The notes beneath the pieces are model-generated. The model ran no database searches, had not been told where the DNA came from, and saw nothing but the letters and a program-made list of their open reading frames with translations. Shown here piece after piece: positions 62,797 to 64,000 of a stretch of 64,000 bases of DNA. Position 1 is the stretch's first letter. Every line of letters begins with the position of its first letter. A program made the translations under genes and the position numbers. Where the stretch lies: assembly GCA_963812605.1 (NCBI GenBank), contig CAWEWF010000010.1, forward strand, positions 64,001 through 128,000. The letters are read 5' to 3'. Source of the stretch: an uncultured Verrucomicrobiae bacterium. Lineage in GTDB: Bacteria > Verrucomicrobiota > Verrucomicrobiia > Palsa-1439.

Positions 62797-64000
62797 TCCT
62801 CGGCAAAGGTATTTACGATTCCTTGCCCGTGTGGGCGCAGACCGTCGCCGTTAATTTGGCCAGCCGACGCGATTTCCGTGATAAGTACGGCCCAAATTTC
62901 CAGGCATTTCTACAACAACTGGCCGCTAACGAGAAGAAGTCCCGGGACCAACTCGAAGCGGAACAGAAGCAAGCCTTGCGCGAATTACTACAATACGCGG
63001 TCACACACGTGCCATTTTATCGTGAACAGAATTTGCCACCCGACGATTTCGCCGCGTGGCCGATCCTCGATAAACAATCCATTGCTGCTGCGCCGGAGAA
63101 ATTCCTTTCGGACGAGTTCGATTCACATCGGCTCATGACAATCAACACCAGCGGTACCACCGGCACACCGCTGACGGTGCGGTTTACGAGAGAATATCAT
63201 CAAATGGAGATGGCATTCCGCTGGCGGCACAAGGCGTGGGCGGGCTGCCCGTATCTTAGCAGTGGCGCGTATATCGCAGGTCATCCTATCGTGCCCCCGA
63301 ATCAGAAACGGCCGCCATTCTGGCGGGTCGACCGCTACGAACGTCGTCTGCTATGTTCATCCTATCACCTCACGCCGCAGAATCTGCAACCCTATGTAGA
63401 TGCGATCGCGGAATACGCACCCGATTTTGTTCATGGCTATCCATCATCAGTATACTTGCTCGCGAAGCACATGTTGGACCGCGGGACGACATTGAGCCCT
63501 CATGCAGTGTTTACCGCAAGTGAGACATTGCTTGATTTCCAACGGCTGGCCATCGAGCAAGCGTTCGGTACGAAAGTATTCAACTGGTACGGCAATACGG
63601 AATTCACCGGTAACATCATTGAATGTCCGGCTGGGCGATTGCATCAGCGGCTCGACTATGGAGTGCTCGAATTACTGGACGACGGCATGATGATCACGAC
63701 GGGTTTGAATAATCGCGCGATGCCTCTTATCCGCTACAAAGTTGGCGATAGCGCGACACGCCGCGAAGGCGCGTGCCCTTGTGGCTGCGAGTTTCCGTTG
63801 GTCGAACGCCTTGAGGGGCGCATCGAGGATTTCGTGCACACGCCCGACGGCCGCATTGTTGGTCGACTCGATCATCTTTTCAAGGACGTGCAGCACGTCC
63901 GCGAAGCACAAATCGTGCAAACGAAACTCGATGAGTTGATCCTGCGCATCGTGCGGACCGAGGGTTTTGGGCCGAAAGACGAACGCATCATGATCAAGGA
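62793..64000 (+). CDS. Phenylacetate-CoA ligase family / CapK-like adenylate-forming protein (runs off window)
   Basis: Manual translation from ATG 62793: HVPFYR, TSGTTGTP, GYPSS, WYGNTE, MPLIRYKVGD, EGRIED. Confidence 0.88.
   Translation, partial: MILGKGIYDSLPVWAQTVAVNLASRRDFRDKYGPNFQAFLQQLAANEKKSRDQLEAEQKQALRELLQYAVTHVPFYREQNLPPDDFAAWPILDKQSIAAAPEKFLSDEFDSHRLMTINTSGTTGTPLTVRFTREYHQMEMAFRWRHKAWAGCPYLSSGAYIAGHPIVPPNQKRPPFWRVDRYERRLLCSSYHLTPQNLQPYVDAIAEYAPDFVHGYPSSVYLLAKHMLDRGTTLSPHAVFTASETLLDFQRLAIEQAFGTKVFNWYGNTEFTGNIIECPAGRLHQRLDYGVLELLDDGMMITTGLNNRAMPLIRYKVGDSATRREGACPCGCEFPLVERLEGRIEDFVHTPDGRIVGRLDHLFKDVQHVREAQIVQTKLDELILRIVRTEGFGPKDERIMIK

Overview
GC-rich bacterial chromosome segment, most likely Verrucomicrobiota (inference from PEP-CTERM proteins, an H-X9-DG prepilin-like protein, a planctomycete-type cytochrome c and a 'Y-x-V-x-Y...W...FYRV' C-terminal domain). 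Many genes carry single-base frameshifts that look like long-read errors rather than real pseudogenes. Layout: PEP-CTERM, GspF/PilC and glycine-zipper/YXWGXW lipoprotein genes (1-3.1 kb); a TetR-regulated RND efflux operon with two operator palindromes (3.3-9.9 kb); an accessory patch with a cytochrome pair, a prepilin-like gene, tRNA-like direct repeats, a cassette-like ORF, a PEP-CTERM gene and a MITE (9.9-14.35 kb); mdtABC (14.35-21.9 kb); a type II restriction-modification pair (22-23.7 kb); psd-pssA, lpxD and sugar-catabolism genes (24.4-32.3 kb); a repeat-rich patch (32.4-34.7 kb); and a large surface-polysaccharide locus running past the window end (35.6-64 kb: wzx, glf, GT2/GT4/GT61, methyltransferases, Wzy-like, epimerase, YfhO, DUF362, CapK-like) that contains three paralogous clan GH-A hydrolases. 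The most unusual observations are a twice-repeated non-coding unit (identical 22-bp box plus sigma70 promoter plus stacked hairpin repeats), two closely related GH paralogs bracketing the glycosyltransferase block, a REP-like hairpin inserted in frame between duplicated prepilin cleavage motifs, and tRNA-end-like scars around cassette-like cargo. All family calls are from motif recognition, not database searches.
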